A DNA stretch of 34,345 nucleotides from a virus (lineage: Duplodnaviria; Caudoviricetes): positions 1 to 34,345 of IMG/VR virus record IMGVR_UViG_3300016666_000453; one strand, written 5' to 3'. How positions within the stretch are numbered: the first letter of the stretch is position 1; each line of letters starts with the position of its first letter. Made by a program: the position numbers and the translations under genes. Of the stretch, positions 34,264 to 34,345 are shown piece by piece. The notes under the pieces are model-generated. The model saw only the letters and a list, made by a program, of their open reading frames with translations, made no database searches and was not told the DNA's origin.

Positions 34264-34345
34264 ATGGATCAAGACGATAAGAAGAAGCAGCGTGGGGATG
34301 CGCTGAAGAAGATGCAGGATTTTTTTGATAAAAGCATGTATGCCA
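34264..34345 (+). CDS. Start of a further ORF downstream of int, truncated by the window
   Basis: GAGGGAG upstream, then MDQDDKKKQRGDALKKMQDFFDKSMYA open to the window end. Confidence 0.5.
   Translation, partial: MDQDDKKKQRGDALKKMQDFFDKSMYA

Larger units (their letters stand above)
62..34345. mobile_element. P2/HP1-like temperate prophage (contractile tail), truncated at the right edge of the window
   Basis: Full syntenic set of portal, terminase, scaffold, capsid, sheath, tube, tape measure, baseplate and fibre genes, plus ogr, cox, repressor and tyrosine integrase; tRNA-fragment att at the left end. Confidence 0.95.

Overview
The window is almost entirely one temperate, contractile-tailed prophage of the P2/HP1 (Peduoviridae-like) type, in a GC-rich host that looks like Pseudomonas. 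It begins at a degenerate 3' fragment of a tRNA(CAT) gene (att-like, 62-106) with integrase arm-type repeats. It then runs through left-end cargo, tail, head and packaging genes, an accessory hotspot between portal and replication genes, ogr, a P4-alpha-like primase-helicase, cox, repressor and integrase. The other att is beyond the right edge. Highlights: (1) a three-layer DNA-modification locus made of an unannotated 59-aa Mu Com-like zinc finger, a C5 methyltransferase lacking motif IX, and a nested out-of-frame ORF that carries motif IX (M.EcoHK31I alpha/beta-like); (2) no recognisable endolysin, holin or spanin, with the lysis slot holding a DUF1353-like protein and a single-TM protein; (3) a Hailong-like halA-halB anti-phage pair, an orphan membrane protein and a c4-antisense-RNA-controlled cassette in the hotspot; (4) a RES toxin and Xre/MbcA-like antitoxin arranged convergently; (5) a frameshifted adenine/N4-cytosine MTase in the tail operon and an A_AAA_AAG tail-chaperone frameshift. 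All family calls come from motif recognition and synteny; no searches were run.
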